From Eledone cirrhosa (lineage: Eukaryota), in NCBI GenBank assembly GCA_964016885.1, contig OZ024746.1:78058001-78122000 (forward strand): a stretch of 64,000 nt of DNA, read 5' to 3'. The position numbers were made by a program, and so were the translations under genes. The notes beneath the pieces were generated by a model. That model saw nothing but the letters and a program-made list of their open reading frames with translations, was not told the origin of the DNA and ran no database searches. Of the stretch, positions 1-13,453 are shown piece by piece (within the stretch, counting starts at the first letter, position 1; every line of letters starts with the position of its first letter).

Positions 1-59
1 CAACAACAACAACATCACATATATATATATGTGTATGTATATATAAATATATATATAAC

Positions 60-100
<41 letters not shown>

Positions 101-347
101 ATGTAGATACAACAATAACAGTATAAGGAAGCCATTGTTTAATGATAAATCTAAGTATGATGTTATAGTATGTTCATTTGCGGTTTCTTCTTTTCCTTCT
201 TAATAGCCATATCTTAATATTGTTTGCTCTTTTTTTCTTTTTCACTCAACTTTGATCAATTTCTAATGAAATACAAATGCTCTGTCAAGCAACTTATGGC
301 TTTTAGCTTTAAATCTTTATGGATATGTACTTGTGTGTGTGTTTGTG

Positions 348-408
<61 letters not shown>

Positions 409-467
409 GGTCGTTTTGGAACCCTCAACAATGTAGATGGGTAAATATCCGGGGGTAATGAGAGAGA

Positions 468-790
468 TCATCATCATCATCATCATCAACGTTTAACGTC
501 CGTGTTCCACGCTTGCATGGGTTTGGACGGGGGTAGTCCCACTTGAGGCAAGAGTGATTGTCTTGCTCGCATAGGACTGTCTGGCAGGTTTTCTACAGTT
601 GGATGCCCTTCCTAACACCAACCACATTTACAGTGTGGGTCTGGGAGGTTTTTACCGTGTTGCCTACACGGCCACATTACAGCGTGGACTGTGTGTTTTT
701 TTGTCGCGACACCTACACGATCTCATTTGTTTCGGCCTCGATGGCGCGGCACCAACATAACTTTACATAGAACGGGGTGGTGTGGATCGG
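468..790 (-). mobile_element. RTE LINE 3'UTR fragment (family C) with (GAT)n tail
   Basis: Nearly identical to 27253-27570, the 3'UTR of an RTE copy that retains its ORF; (CAT)n tail on the + strand; contains the shared block ggatgcccttcctaacaccaacc. Confidence 0.85.
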
Positions 791-837
791 GTGATGTAAG
801 AGAAAATGTAGAATGTATATATATATATATATATATA

Positions 838-986
838 TCATCATCATCATCATCATCGTGTAACCTCTATCGTCCATGCTAGCATGGGTTAGACAGGAAT
901 TGTCCCACTTGAGGCAAGATTGGTTGGGTTACTGTGTCTCGCTCGTATAGGACTATTTGGCAGGTTTTCTACAGCTGGATGCCCTT
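838..986 (-). mobile_element. Short RTE 3'-end fragment
   Basis: (CAT)n followed by ccatgctagcatgggttagac...ggatgccctt, then (TA)n. Confidence 0.75.
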
Positions 987-1044
987 ATATATACATGCAA
1001 CACATATATATATATATACACACATATAAATAAATCTATATTCG

Positions 1045-1205
1045 TTCTCTTATTCTTTTGCTAGTTTTACTCAATAGACTGTGGCCATGCTGGGGCACTG
1101 CTTTAATTTAGTTGATTATATGTGACAACAAAGATGACAATAATTATGTTTTCTGTTTTTGATCACCTTTTTGTTGAACCAATGAATTACAGGACATAAA
1201 CACAC
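1045..1205 (+). mobile_element. Dispersed short repeat (gactgtggccatgctggggcac family); other copies near 15300-15650, 20405-20450 and 22920-23330
   Basis: Recurring motif ttttactggtttcagtcatt-gactg[tc]ggccatgctggggcac ... ggacataaacac in at least five places in the window. Confidence 0.6.
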
Positions 1206-1221
1206 ATACATATATTTATGT

Positions 1222-1272
<51 letters not shown>

Positions 1273-1273
<1 letters not shown>

Positions 1274-3932
1274 CATCATCATCATCATCAACATCGTTTA
1301 ACGTCCATTTTCCATGCTAGCATGGGTTAGACGGGAGTTGTCCCAATTTGAGTCAAGGTTGGTCGGGTGACCGTGTCTCGCTCATATAGCACTGTCTGGC
1401 AGGTTTTCTACGGCTGGATGCCCTTCCTAACACCAACCACATTTACAGTGTGGAACTGGGAACTTTTTACCGTGTTACCTACACGGCCACATTACAGCGT
1501 GGACTGTGTGTTTTTCGTCATGACACCTACACAATCTCAATCTCATTATCTGATTTATTTGGACTGGATGTTGAGGTACCAACTTTACAGAGAGAGGGTG
1601 GTGTTGGTGGGAGTGGGAGGATAGGGTAGGGGTAGTGGATTGTGGTGTATATTTGGTTAAGCGGTGCCTACTGACTGTAGGTTTCGCTTTGTACATAGGC
1701 AAGGTGGGTCTTCTGTATTACTGCACAGCGCCAAAGATCTCGGTCCAGTGACATTGTCTTAGAGAGGTGCAAGTGTGTAAGGTCGGAATTTATTAGATCG
1801 TCCCAGGTTTTTCTGGGTCTACCTACTCCGTAACTACCATCAATTTTGATCGCCCTGCACTTTTTTATACAGCTGTCGTCTTTCATGCGCATCACGTGGC
1901 CATACCAACATAGTCTTCTCTCAAGTAAACAGCATCTGATTCCTAATTTCTCAATTAGTTCATTTATGCTTTGCCGTTCACGTATATTACTATTACACAT
2001 CCAACGGGGCATGCATGCTTCGTTCCTTTCCAGTCTGCGCAGGTCCTCTACATGTAATGCCCATGTCTCACTGCCATGTAGCATTGCTGTTCGTATACAA
2101 GCATCATACAATCTGCCTTTCATTTTTAGAGAGAACCATTTAGCGGCCAATAGTGGTATAAGCTCTCTGAACTTTTTCCATCCTGTTCTGACTCTGGCTA
2201 CTGTACTTTCAGAACACCCTCCTCCACTGCTGATTTTGTGACCCAGGTAATGGAAAGTGTCTACTATTTCTATAGAACCATCTGGGCAATAGAAGGAGCT
2301 ACACTTGCTACTTATTGCACCTGAGCATCAGCCACATATAAAGTCTACATTCTTAGATAGTTTACCTGTGATCCCACTACATCTTTTATCTACCCATACT
2401 TTGCATTTGGGACATAAAATGGAATTTCTGCCTACTCCTTTCCTACACACTGAGCATGGCCATTTCCCAGATGGGACCGGTGCCCTATTTTCCTTCCTAC
2501 AAACTAGAACTTTAGTCTTAGACAGGTTAATTTTAAGGCCTTTTGATTCTAGGCCATGCTTCCATGTTTGGAATTTCTTCTCTAGTTCGGCCATTGATTC
2601 AGCTATGAGCGTTAGATCATCTGCGTATAGGAGTTCCCATGAGCAGCCGGTCTTGAACTCCTCTGTTATAGCCTGAAGGGCAATAATGAATAGTAGGGGG
2701 CTAAGAACGGAGCCCTGATGAACCTCAACTTTTACGCTAAACTCTTCACTATATTCGTTGTTAATTCTAACCTTGCTGACTGTTTCTTTATACATGGCTT
2801 GTATAGCTCTCACAAGCCATTCATCAACACCTAGTTTTCTAAGAGCCCACCAGATAATGGAGCGGGGGACTCTGTCAAAGGTTTACTCCAAGTCAACAAA
2901 AGCTAAGTATAGAGGTTTACTTTTAGCTAGGTACTTCTCCTGTAGTTGTCGTACAATGAAAAGAGCGTCTGTGGTACTTTTACCTGACACAAACCCGAAC
3001 TGCATTTCATCTAAATCAATTCTCTCTCTGATTAGTTGCGCTATTACTTTTTCTGTGACCTTCATGACCTGGTCGATTAATTTAATGCCTCTATAGTTAC
3101 CCCTATCTAGGGCATCTCCTTTACCCTTGTAGCAGTTAATGATGATGCTGCTACGCCAGTCCTTCGGAACGACCCTATTCTGTATGACTTGGTTTACTAT
3201 CCGGGTGACCATAGTGTGTCCCACTGTTCCAGATGCTTTCAGCATTTCAGCAACTATTTCCGAAAACCCAGCTGCCTTGCCTGTCTCCATATCTTTGATT
3301 GCCTAACTTATTATACTACCTTTAACTTGCACTGCTGGTCCTTCTATTGGATCGATTTGGGGCAGACTATCTTTTTCCCATTTATTCTTCTCATTTAATA
3401 GTCTCTCGTAGTGACACTTCCAACCTACCTTCTTATCAGCGTCAGTGATGGCAAGTACACCGTTATCATTATGGATACACTTCTCCCCGACATTATCACG
3501 GTTTTCCTTGACACATTGTCTAGCAATCCTGAACACCTCACGTTTTTGGTCCTCATGTTGTAGAACATGCTTGAAGTTTCTATCCTCTGCTACCCTTTTT
3601 GCAAGGTACACTTGTCTCCTAGCTTCTCTCCTGGCCACTTGATAGTGCTCTCTACTTCCCCCATCCTGCCATACTTTCCAAGCCTGCTTTTTGGCCTTGG
3701 TTGTCTCTTCCACCTTACTGTTCCACCACCAAGTTACTCTCCTCCTGCCAATAGGTCTTTCAACTTCCATATTCTTCTCCTCAAGGTAGGCCTCTTCTGT
3801 CGTCGAGTACGTCTATTCCTGACTATGAGGTCACTAACTACTAGGCTATGTTGGGAGGTGCTTTCTTCATGGGGGAGGGATTTAGTGTTTACAACAGACA
3901 CTTTGTCCCGTCTTCTAGTAAGGATATAATCT
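1273..3932 (-). pseudogene. Decayed 5'-truncated RTE LINE (family C), fragmented APE-RT ORF
   Basis: ORF pieces 3303-3770, 2883-3290, 2328-2813 and 1668-2150 are collinear with the intact RTE proteins (TWWWN, NYRGIKL, QFGFV, HQGSVLSPLLF, LLYADD, RRLCWYGHV); frameshifts, stops and an internal deletion near 3760; 3'UTR and (CAT)n tail. Confidence 0.92.
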
Positions 3933-3952
3933 CATATATATATATATATATA

Positions 3953-4001
3953 TCCAACCCTTGCAAGCGGGGAAAAGCAGACGTAAAATGATGATGATGA
4001 T
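3953..4001 (+). mobile_element. Isolated RTE family-A/SINE 3' tail
   Basis: ccaacccttgcaagcggggaaaagcagacgtaaaatgatgatg matches 18672-18720; lies within (TA)n. Confidence 0.75.
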
Positions 4002-4065
4002 ATATATGTATATATATATATATATAATATATAAGATCAAAAGATGGTTAAAAGAGTTCCATGTA

Positions 4066-4132
4066 TTTTATTATGTGCATTTCAAAAACAAATATCATCA
4101 TGCAATAATATTTGTGTTTTCATCAGATAAAA
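4066..4132 (-). ncRNA. Type-I hammerhead ribozyme motif (Penelope-like pLTR type)
   Basis: Minus strand reads UUUUAU CUGAUGA [aaacacaaauau...auauuugu stem II] GAAA UGCACA UA AUAAAA: 6-bp stem I, intact core, minimal stem III, AUA cleavage triplet; in a ~200-bp island between (TA)n tracts. Confidence 0.72.
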
Positions 4133-4241
4133 TAGGAAGACATGATATGAAGGTTAAAAAACACTTGTGAATAGTGCAGTTTTAGATCATCTTATCCAAT
4201 ATCTGCATTGCTTTATTGTACTACAATAAAACTCACCTCCT

Positions 4242-4342
<101 letters not shown>

Positions 4343-4470
4343 TACACACACACTCATATACAATGAGCTTCAGTGATTCCCTTGTACTAAAATCAACTCA
4401 AAAGGCACTGATTAACCCGAGGTTATAGTAGAAGATACTTGCCCAAGGTACCATCCAGTCATGCTCATCC

Positions 4471-4536
<66 letters not shown>

Positions 4537-4621
4537 TATAATTGGTGTGGGATGCTTAAAACGATTGTAATATGTCTAATAAATTTTAATTCATCGCACC
4601 ACTGATTCTCCGTTTCTTATG

Positions 4622-4688
<67 letters not shown>

Positions 4689-4809
4689 TCTATATATTTA
4701 CATACCCAGCGCAGAATTTGAACCCAAGAATAAGTATTCTAAACATTACCTTTTCTTAATTGTTGCTTTTTATCAGGAGAAAAAACAACTTTACGAGTAA
4801 TTACAAGCA

Positions 4810-5154
4810 TTTTGACTTTGCCTTTCATCCTTACGGGGTCGATAAAATAAAGTACCAGTCACGTACTGGGGTCGATTTAATCGACTTTCCCCTCCCCCAA
4901 AATTGCTGGCCTTGTGCCTATATAAGAAACCATTATTACTATTATTATTATTATTATTATTATTATATTAGGTGGTGGATTGGCAGTATCGGTAGAGGGT
5001 CGGACGCCATGCTTTCCAGCATTGTTACGTCCCTTTACGATCTGAGTTCAAATCCCGCCGAGGTTGACTTTGCCTTTCATCCTTACGGGGTCGATAAAAT
5101 AAAGTACCAGTAATACACTGGGTAATTGCTGGCCTTGTGCCTAAAGTAGAAACA

Positions 5155-5208
<54 letters not shown>
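4810..5208 (+). mobile_element. Two tandem SINE copies with (ATT)n tails (ctttgcctttcatccttacggggtcgataaa family)
   Basis: B-box-like gagttcaaatcc, conserved central block and (ATT)n tail; near-identical to 37978-38230. Confidence 0.8.
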
Positions 5209-6099
5209 GCCATCATTTGTTATATTTTCTTTTTCCATTATTCATTCCTTTCTTTTCCTCGTTTTTCTTTTCTTGAATTAACTAATTTCCGGTTGGGATG
5301 TCTATTTGATTTGTGAACTAACTTGAGGTTGTTTGTGCAATAATTTATTAGTGATGCCATCTCTACCATCACAATGACCACCACTACTATCACCCTCCAC
5401 CACTGCTATCACCACAACCACCACCCCCAACTACCACTCTCACTACAACTACCATCACCTTCCACCACTGCCTTCACCCTCCACCTCTGCCACCACAACT
5501 ACCACCACCACCGTCCTCATCCTCCTCCTCATCATCATCATCATCATCATGGCCACTACTGCCCTCAACCCTACCACCACCACCACCACCTCTATTTTTA
5601 TCCTCACTCCACCACTCCTCCATCACTCCTCACTTATAATAATGTTTTTTTTTATTAATGGCTAAGATTTTGTGTGCAAAAAAAATAAAAAATAAAACAA
5701 AAACTTAAAACAACAATAATGTATCAATCTCCACAGACGACAATATATCTAACAAGGAAATGGAGAAATTATCCAAATATAAAGATCTAGAGATAGATAT
5801 AACCCAAACGTGGATGACAAAAACAGAAACAATACCTATGTTTACAGGTGTTGTGGGAATGATAAACAAAAGCACACAAACGGATACATAAACAAAAACA
5901 TCAGGACTCACAAATATATACAGCGTACAAAAATAGCACTACTAGGCACTGCACACATATTAGGACTCTCAATACAATAGAAATAGCACCCACCATCAAA
6001 AGCCACACTGCACATACCCAAGGCACACAGAACAGTGCTCAGTAATGCAGTGACAACATGCAATAAAAATAAGGCTAATAATGATAATAGTAATAATAA

Positions 6100-6285
6100 T
6101 AATAATAATTGTTTCTAGTATTTTGGGGGAGGGACAACTTGATTAAATCGACCCCAGGGCGTTACTGGAACTTTATTTTATTGACCTTGTAAAGATGAAA
6201 GGCAAAGCTAACCAATAAAGGGCTGTAACTCTATGTTGTTAAGCATGTTGTTCGACACTCTACCAATTCTGCCAATCCACTGCCC
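6100..6285 (-). mobile_element. Diverged (ATT)n-tailed SINE
   Basis: Reverse-complement similarity to 4970-5160 (aagatgaaaggcaaagctaacc). Confidence 0.6.
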
Positions 6286-6327
6286 TAGTAGTAGTAATAA
6301 TAATAATAATAATAATAATCATGTGGT

Positions 6328-6360
<33 letters not shown>

Positions 6361-6676
6361 ATAGTAGTAGTAGGTCTGTTTGTTCACTGTTACCGTTTAC
6401 CGTTTACCATTCGTATCATCGACCCCCTCCCGCCCGTTAGTCTCATCGTTAGTTCTTTATATTTCTTTATTAGCCATTCCTGTTGCTGTCAAGAAGATAA
6501 GAAGACAATTGTTATTGCTAAATTGTTGATTTGGTAAACATTGTTATCTCACATACCCTTGAGAGTCTTTCTGAGAGGAGGAAATTCAGAAAGAGCAAAT
6601 ACTAGAGCCCAAAATAATAGTAGTAATAATAATAATAATAATAATAATAGTAATAGTAGTAGTAATACTGAGGATG

Positions 6677-6721
<45 letters not shown>

Positions 6722-6939
6722 GGAAGAAGAAGAAGAAGAAATATTAAACAAAAACATGATGATGAAGTAGAAGATAGTGAAGAAGAAAAATAAGAAAAAT
6801 ATTGATAACAGAAGCAACAAAAACAACATGATGATAAAGAGCTGCAGCAATGAAATGCTATAGAAATAAAAGTATTAGTAATAATAATAATAATAATAAT
6901 AATAAAATTGGAAGAAGTTAAACCAAAAATTATTCAATA

Positions 6940-7000
<61 letters not shown>

Positions 7001-7499
7001 GAAAAAAAATGTTTACAGAAAAATAAATAAAATGTAAAAGATAGCGGGTCGGTGAGTGAAGGTCGGTAGGGGGGGGGGGTTAGAAATTGGTCGTAAAGTG
7101 ATTCTTTTGATTAACTAATTTTATCTATTATCGATTAAAGAAAAAGAAAATTGCCTCTTAGCACCGTCTATCTAACCTTACTATTATATCTTATCGTATT
7201 TGTAACGTCCATCGCAGATTTATTATGGTTTTTAACAACTTGCTCTGTTTATATTGTTTTTTAATTCAGTCTAATTTATCTCAGCAGAGTTTTTTTTTTT
7301 CCTGTTTTTTTATTATTTAAAAAAAACAAAATTTTTTTTTTTTTTTTTTTTTCACTTAAATCTGTTTTCGTTAGTAATGAAATTCTCAGGATAATTTTAA
7401 GTCTCATTGTAAAAAATTTACACAAATCATTTAATACTAATGACAACCTTTTATTTATGGAGGATCAGCCACATTCACACACACAGTACATACATATAT

Positions 7500-7978
7500 A
7501 AATTCCGACCTCACACACTTACACCTCTCCAAGACAATGTCACTGGACCGAGATCTTTGGCGCTACGCAGTAATACAGAAGACCCGCCTTGCCTACGTGC
7601 AAAGCGAAACCTACAGTCAGTAGGCACCTCTTACCAAAATACACCCCCATCCCACTACCCCCACCCCATCCACACCACCCCTTTAGATGTAAAGTTATGT
7701 TGGTACCACAACATCCAGTCCTAAATAAATGAGGTCGTGTAGGTGTCACGACAAAAAATCACACAGTCCCCGCTGTAATGTGGCCGTGTAGGTAACACGG
7801 TAAAAACCTCCCAGTCCACACTGTAAACGTGGTTGGTGTTAGGAAGGGCATCCAGCCGTAGAAAACCTGCCAGACAGTCCTATACGAGCAAGACAACCAC
7901 TCTTGCCTCAAGTGGGAAAATTACCGTCTAAACCTATGCTAGCGTTGAAGATGGATGTTAAACGATGATGATGATGAT
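7500..7978 (+). mobile_element. RTE family C 3' fragment (ORF end plus 3'UTR)
   Basis: Encodes ...LHLSKTMSLDRDLWRYAVIQKTR as in the 1668-2150 ORF; 3'UTR block ggttggtgttaggaagggcatcc; (GAT)n tail. Confidence 0.88.
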
Positions 7979-8029
7979 ACATAGACACACACACACACAC
8001 AGAGTACATACACACTCAAACATGTTGTT

Positions 8030-8345
8030 GTTGGACCTCCATCGATTATGATGACAAGTGTTCCAGTTGATGTGATCAACAGAATAGCATGCTACTAGTG
8101 TTAACATGCAAGTGACTGAGCATTCCACAGATACATGTACTCTTGATATAGTTATCAGGGAGATTCAGCATAACATATTTTGTAACAAAACTGACCCTTT
8201 GAGTTACAGGTACAACACATTCTTCCAGCTGAGTAGACTAGAGCAATGGAAAATAAAATGTTTTGTTCAAGGACACACCACATGTCCATGAAGCAAGTAT
8301 CATGATCCACAGATGCTAACTACTTAGCTAAACGCACCTCCATGC
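8030..8345 (-). mobile_element. Diverged CORE-type SINE
   Basis: cagctgagtagactagagcaatggaaaataaaatgttttgttcaagg is the reverse complement of the CORE-like block; tail shared with 12535-12845 and 29360-29670. Confidence 0.6.
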
Positions 8346-8618
8346 ACAGAAACATATACACAGTTCGTCTACTATATCCGGATTGTAAAGTTTGATTTTA
8401 TAATTCTTATTAAAGTTCTACCTGTTCTCATCACAATTAATAATCATATTTGAAAAATAAATTTCGAAAACAGCTGTTCAAACAACATCATAGCAACCTG
8501 TTCGCCTGCATCTCCATCTCTGTTCTTGTCTGTGTACAGTAGTATCAAAAGTGACTCTAACAGTATATATCTTTTAACTGGCTTTCATGTCTCTTCCATA
8601 ATGTAGTTGTTTCAGTAT

Positions 8619-9532
8619 CAACACATAATCTCAGATCAAGTCGCTTGCCAAGCAAATACAATTTCAACACATGATCTCAGATCAAGTCGCTTGCCAAGCA
8701 AATACAATTTCAACACATGATCTCAGATCAAGTCGCTTGCCAAGCAAATACAATTTCAACACATGATCTCAGATCAAGTCGCTTGCCAAGCAAATACAAT
8801 TTCAACACATGATCTCAGATCAAGTCGCTTGCCAAGCAAATACAATTTCAACACATGATCTCAGATCAAGTCGCTTGCCAAGCAAATACAATTTCAACAC
8901 ATGATCTCAGATCAAGTCGCTTGCCAAGTAAATACAATTTCAACACATGATCTCAGATCAAGTCGCTTGCCAAGCAAATACAATTTCAACACATGATCTC
9001 AGATCAAGTCGCTTGCCAAGCAAATACAATTTCAACACATGATCTCAGATCAAGTCGCTTGCCAAGCAAATACAATTTCAACACATGATCTCAGATCAAG
9101 TCGCTTGCCAAGCAAATACAATTTCAACACATGATCTCAGATCAAGTCGCTTGCCAAGCAAATACAATTTCAACACATGATCTCAGATCAAGTCGCTTGC
9201 CAAGCAAATACAATTTCAACACATGATCTCAGATCAAGTCGCTTGCCAAGCAAATACAATTTCAACACATGATCTCAGATCAAGTCGCTTGCCAAGCAAG
9301 TACAATTTCAACACATGATCTTAGATCAAGTCGCTTGCCAAGCAAGTACAATTCCAACATATGATCTCAGATCAAGTCAATAGTCAAACAAGTATAACTT
9401 CAACACATGATCTCAGATCAAGTCACTTGCCAAGCAAATACTATTTCAACACATGATCTCAGATCAAGTCACTTGCCAAGCAAATACTATTTCAACACAC
9501 GATCTCAGATCAAGTCAGTAGTCAAACAAGTA
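8619..9532. repeat. 46-bp tandem satellite, about 20 copies
   Basis: Unit caacacatgatctcagatcaagtcgcttgccaagcaaatacaattt; central copies near-identical, last copies diverged; no unique spacers. Confidence 0.97.
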
Positions 9533-9965
9533 GGACTCTCTAACTTATTAAGGAAAGCAAACTGGTATTATATAAACTCATTTTTCATTGGGCCTCTATT
9601 TTCGCGATAAATAATTTCAAAATTGTATTTCATATTCTATATCTAGTTTTAATATTTTTTTTAGTTTAACACTTAAACTTTTATAATAATAATTATTATT
9701 ATAATTTTGACTTCATTAGCTATTCCAAGCCAACAGTAAGGTAGAGTAATAGCTAAGTTGCATGTATAAATATGTGTATGATTATATATGCATATATGGG
9801 TATGTGGCTTTATGTGTATGTGTATCTATATATAAATTAATTTTAAACATTTGTTTAAAAAAAAATTCACCTTTTTAATTTCTTATTTTAGCTATGAATC
9901 AACATAGTCTCTATAAATATGTTATGATTTTATCCCTAAATATTCATCAAACAGAACAGCAAAAG

Positions 9966-10027
<62 letters not shown>

Positions 10028-11976
10028 CATGCCAGTATGGAAAAATGTAGTGTGTGTGTGGATAGATAGATAGAAATGTGTGTGTTTTTGTGATGGAAAA
10101 ACAAAATGAAATGATAAATGAATAAATAAGGAATAAATAACATTAAAAAGAAAACAACCAAATATTAGAATGGTATGAAAAGAATATAGTAATAAATAAA
10201 TAAATAAATAAATAAATACAAAATGGCAGAGGGAAGGTAGATGGTGGAGGGTTGATGGTTGGGTGGTTGATTGAGTCTGGTGTGTGTGTGTGTGTGTGTG
10301 TGTGAATGGTTGGGGGTAGTAACTGAACTATAAACTATAAACCATTTTCTGGGTGTTTTATTTATTATTATTGTTATTATTATTATTATTACTTTCATTC
10401 TTTTGAATCTAATTTTAAATTGCAGTTTACCATTATTTCCTACCATTAGTTTGATGCCATTTTGAAATAGTAAACAAGATTTGCATTTAAGGAAAGTGAA
10501 TAAATAAATAAATAAATATATATATAAATATAAATAAATAAATAGAAAATTAAAAAGTAAAAATAAAAAATTAAACAAAAATTAAAAAAAATTGTGAAAA
10601 ATATGGTGCATGAGTGGTGGGGGTGGTGTTGGTGGTGCCGATGGTGGTGGTGAGGGTAGTTGGTGTTGGTAGGGTGAAGAAGTCAAGAAAAGATAGAAGA
10701 ACTCTGTCAAGTTGTTTTTTGTTTAGTGCCTTTGTCTTGCTTGTTTTGTCCTTTGTTTTGTTGGGTTTTTTTGTCTGTTTTGGAAATATTGTTTTGGAAA
10801 ACATTTTACTACTTGTGACTGTTTCCAGCCCGAGGTGTTGGAATATGGAAACATTTCTTCTTCTCTTCTCTTTTCTATTCTTTGGCAGCGGCGGCATCTT
10901 CTTCTTCTTCTTTCTTCTTCTTTGCCTTCTTTTTTTCTTCTCTTTCTTCTTTTTCTTCTTCTTCTTTGCCTTCTTCTTCGTCTTCTTCTTCTCATGAAAA
11001 AAAAATGCCACCACCACCACCACTCTCTGGTGTTGTGAGACTGCATTGGTGGCATGTTGGTAGTTGCGTTGCATTAAAGAACGGTGTTTGCCGGCAATGT
11101 CTTGTGTTGGTAGTGGCGGTGGCAGTGTAGCGTGGTGGCACTTTGTATAAAAGAACTGAAGTGAAAACCAAAAGAAAAAAAACAGAAACATGAAAAATAT
11201 TGTTGAAAGTAGATATAAAAGAAGTGTAATGCTATAAAGGATGTGGGTTTTGAAATAAAATAAAATAAAACGAAGGGAGAGAGGCAAGGAGGTAGAATGA
11301 AAGTAAGGTGTTGGCAACATGTGTTGTGTTGTGTTACGTGGTGGGGTTGGGTGGTGGGGATTTAGTATAAGACTGAAATAATCCACATTTGGAAAATCAA
11401 ATTTAATTATTTACCAAATAAAATTAAAAATGAAAAAAAATAGAATAAAAGAAATGCTTGAATAAATAAAATAAATAAAAATATTTTAAAATGTTAGAGC
11501 AAGTGCAGGGGTGGTGTTGGAGTTGGTGGTGGAGGTTTGGGGGACAAAGTAATCATATAAAAAGAAATAGCAAAATGAAGCAACATTGTAGTACCAACTC
11601 TTCCATCCTGTTTTCTGTCTTCTCTTTTTGAAGAAAAAAAAAAAAGAAGAAGCAAAAAGAAAACAGGCAAGAGAGAAAGAGAGAGTAACTGTGGTAATAA
11701 TATGAAAATTAAAACAAAGCAAAGCAACATTGTAGTACCTACTCTTCTCACCCAGCCACCCCATCCCACCACCCGCCTCTTTCTTGTTTTACAAGGTTTA
11801 CCAAAGATGTTTCTTCTCTCTGTGTGTCTTGTTAGTCTTTTATTCTATTTAGAATCTTTTTTTTTTCTACACCATTAATGGGCTTTGAATCTTTAGCAGG
11901 CAGAACTTGATTTTTATCAAATCAGAGTTAAACATTTGCAATTTTATATTACAGTGTGACTGTTTCTGTTTAATTT

Positions 11977-12029
<53 letters not shown>

Positions 12030-12059
12030 GTGAAAAAATGGATATATATATATATAAAA

Positions 12060-12277
12060 ATACACTCACACACACACACACATTTTATTATATATATATA
12101 TATACACACTCATACCCATTTTATTATATATATATATATGCACACACACTTACACTCACACACATTTTATTATATATATATATACACACTCATACCCATT
12201 TTATTATATATATATATATGCACACACACTTACACTCACACACATTTTATTATATATATATATACACACACACATTT

Positions 12278-12339
<62 letters not shown>

Positions 12340-12390
12340 TCACACATACACACATTTTATTATATATATATACACACACTCACACACACA
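12060..12390. repeat. Compound minisatellite (cacacattttattatata...)
   Basis: About six repeats of cattttatt followed by (ta)n and (ca)n. Confidence 0.8.
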
Positions 12391-12534
12391 CATTCATACA
12401 GGCATGTATATAAACATTCATATATACGTACATACATACACAAAAACAAACACATATGTGCGTGTGAGTATATTTTTACACATACACAAATATACATTCA
12501 GACATTATATATATATATGTGTGTGTGTGTGTGA

Positions 12535-12845
12535 ATGAAGCATGGCCAAATGGTTAAGAGAATTTGTTTCATAATCATTAAGTCTTGAGTTCGATCCTAC
12601 TGTGAGGTATCTTGGACAAGGGTCTTTACCATAACATACCTGAGCCTTGTGAGTGAAATTGGATACATGGGCACTGTTTAGAAGTCTGATTGGATTGTAC
12701 CTGTAATTTGAAGGGCCAGCTTTGTCACACCCTCTGTCAGGTTAAATCTCCCCGTAAATTATGTCGAGTGTATATATATATAAGCCACTTGCACGATAAT
12801 GAGCAGGCTGGTCTATTGATTGAACAACTCGATCACTCATTGAAA
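12535..12845 (+). mobile_element. Diverged tRNA-derived SINE
   Basis: A-box-like tggccaaatgg and B-box-like gagttcgatcc; 3' part shared with 8030-8220 and 29360-29540 in the opposite orientation. Confidence 0.6.
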
Positions 12846-12873
12846 TCAATGTAAATCCATTCTATATATATAA

Positions 12874-12914
<41 letters not shown>

Positions 12915-13001
12915 TACATATATATACTTATATATGTATGTGTGTGTGTGTGTATATATATATATGTGTGTGTGTATATATATATATATATATACACACA
13001 T

Positions 13002-13346
13002 GGAGGCACATGGCTTAGTGGTTAGAGCAGTGGCCTTGCAATCGAAAGGTTGTGAGTTCAATTCTCAGACCGGGTGATGTGTTGTTTCCTTGAGCAAGAC
13101 ACTTTATTTCACATTGCTCCAGTTTACTCAGCTGTAGAAATGAGATGATAGGGACTGGGGTCCCTATCATTCCACTGTAAAGTGGTCGTGGAGGTGCCAC
13201 GGCAAAAAGCACCCAGCACTCACTGTAAATGAGGTTGGTGTTAGGAAGGGCATCCAGCTGTAGAAATCAAGCCAGCATCAGTTCCCGTCCCACCCTTGCA
13301 AGCAGGGAAAAGCAGACGTAAAATGAAATGATGATGATGATGATGA
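13002..13346 (+). mobile_element. Young tRNA-derived CORE-SINE with RTE-derived 3' tail
   Basis: A box tggcttagtgg, B box gagttcaattc, CORE-like ccttgagcaagacacttt...cagctgtagaaatgagatgata; 3' end cccacccttgcaagcagggaaaagcagacgtaaaatg matches the RTE end at 18673-18710; (GAT)n tail. Confidence 0.9.
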
Positions 13347-13453
13347 TACACACACATACATATATATACTTACATATGTATGTGTGTGTGTATATATATA
13401 TATACACACATACATATATATATATACTTATATATGTATGTGTGTGTATATAT

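Noticed and set aside
8619-9532. Possible CRISPR array (palindromic short repeats)
   Set aside because: Units are contiguous with no unique spacers, there are no cas genes, and the context is eukaryotic
10818-10858. Small hairpin tgtttcca...tggaaaca as a pre-miRNA
   Set aside because: Stem of only about 8 bp and no recognised mature sequence
10571-11386. 271-aa ORF and overlapping ORFs as a host gene exon
   Set aside because: Low-complexity translation of (GAA)n/(GGT)n tracts with no recognisable domain; a UTR or small exon cannot be excluded without RNA data
13002-13075. tRNA gene
   Set aside because: A and B boxes are present but continue into a SINE body repeated several times; no complete cloverleaf
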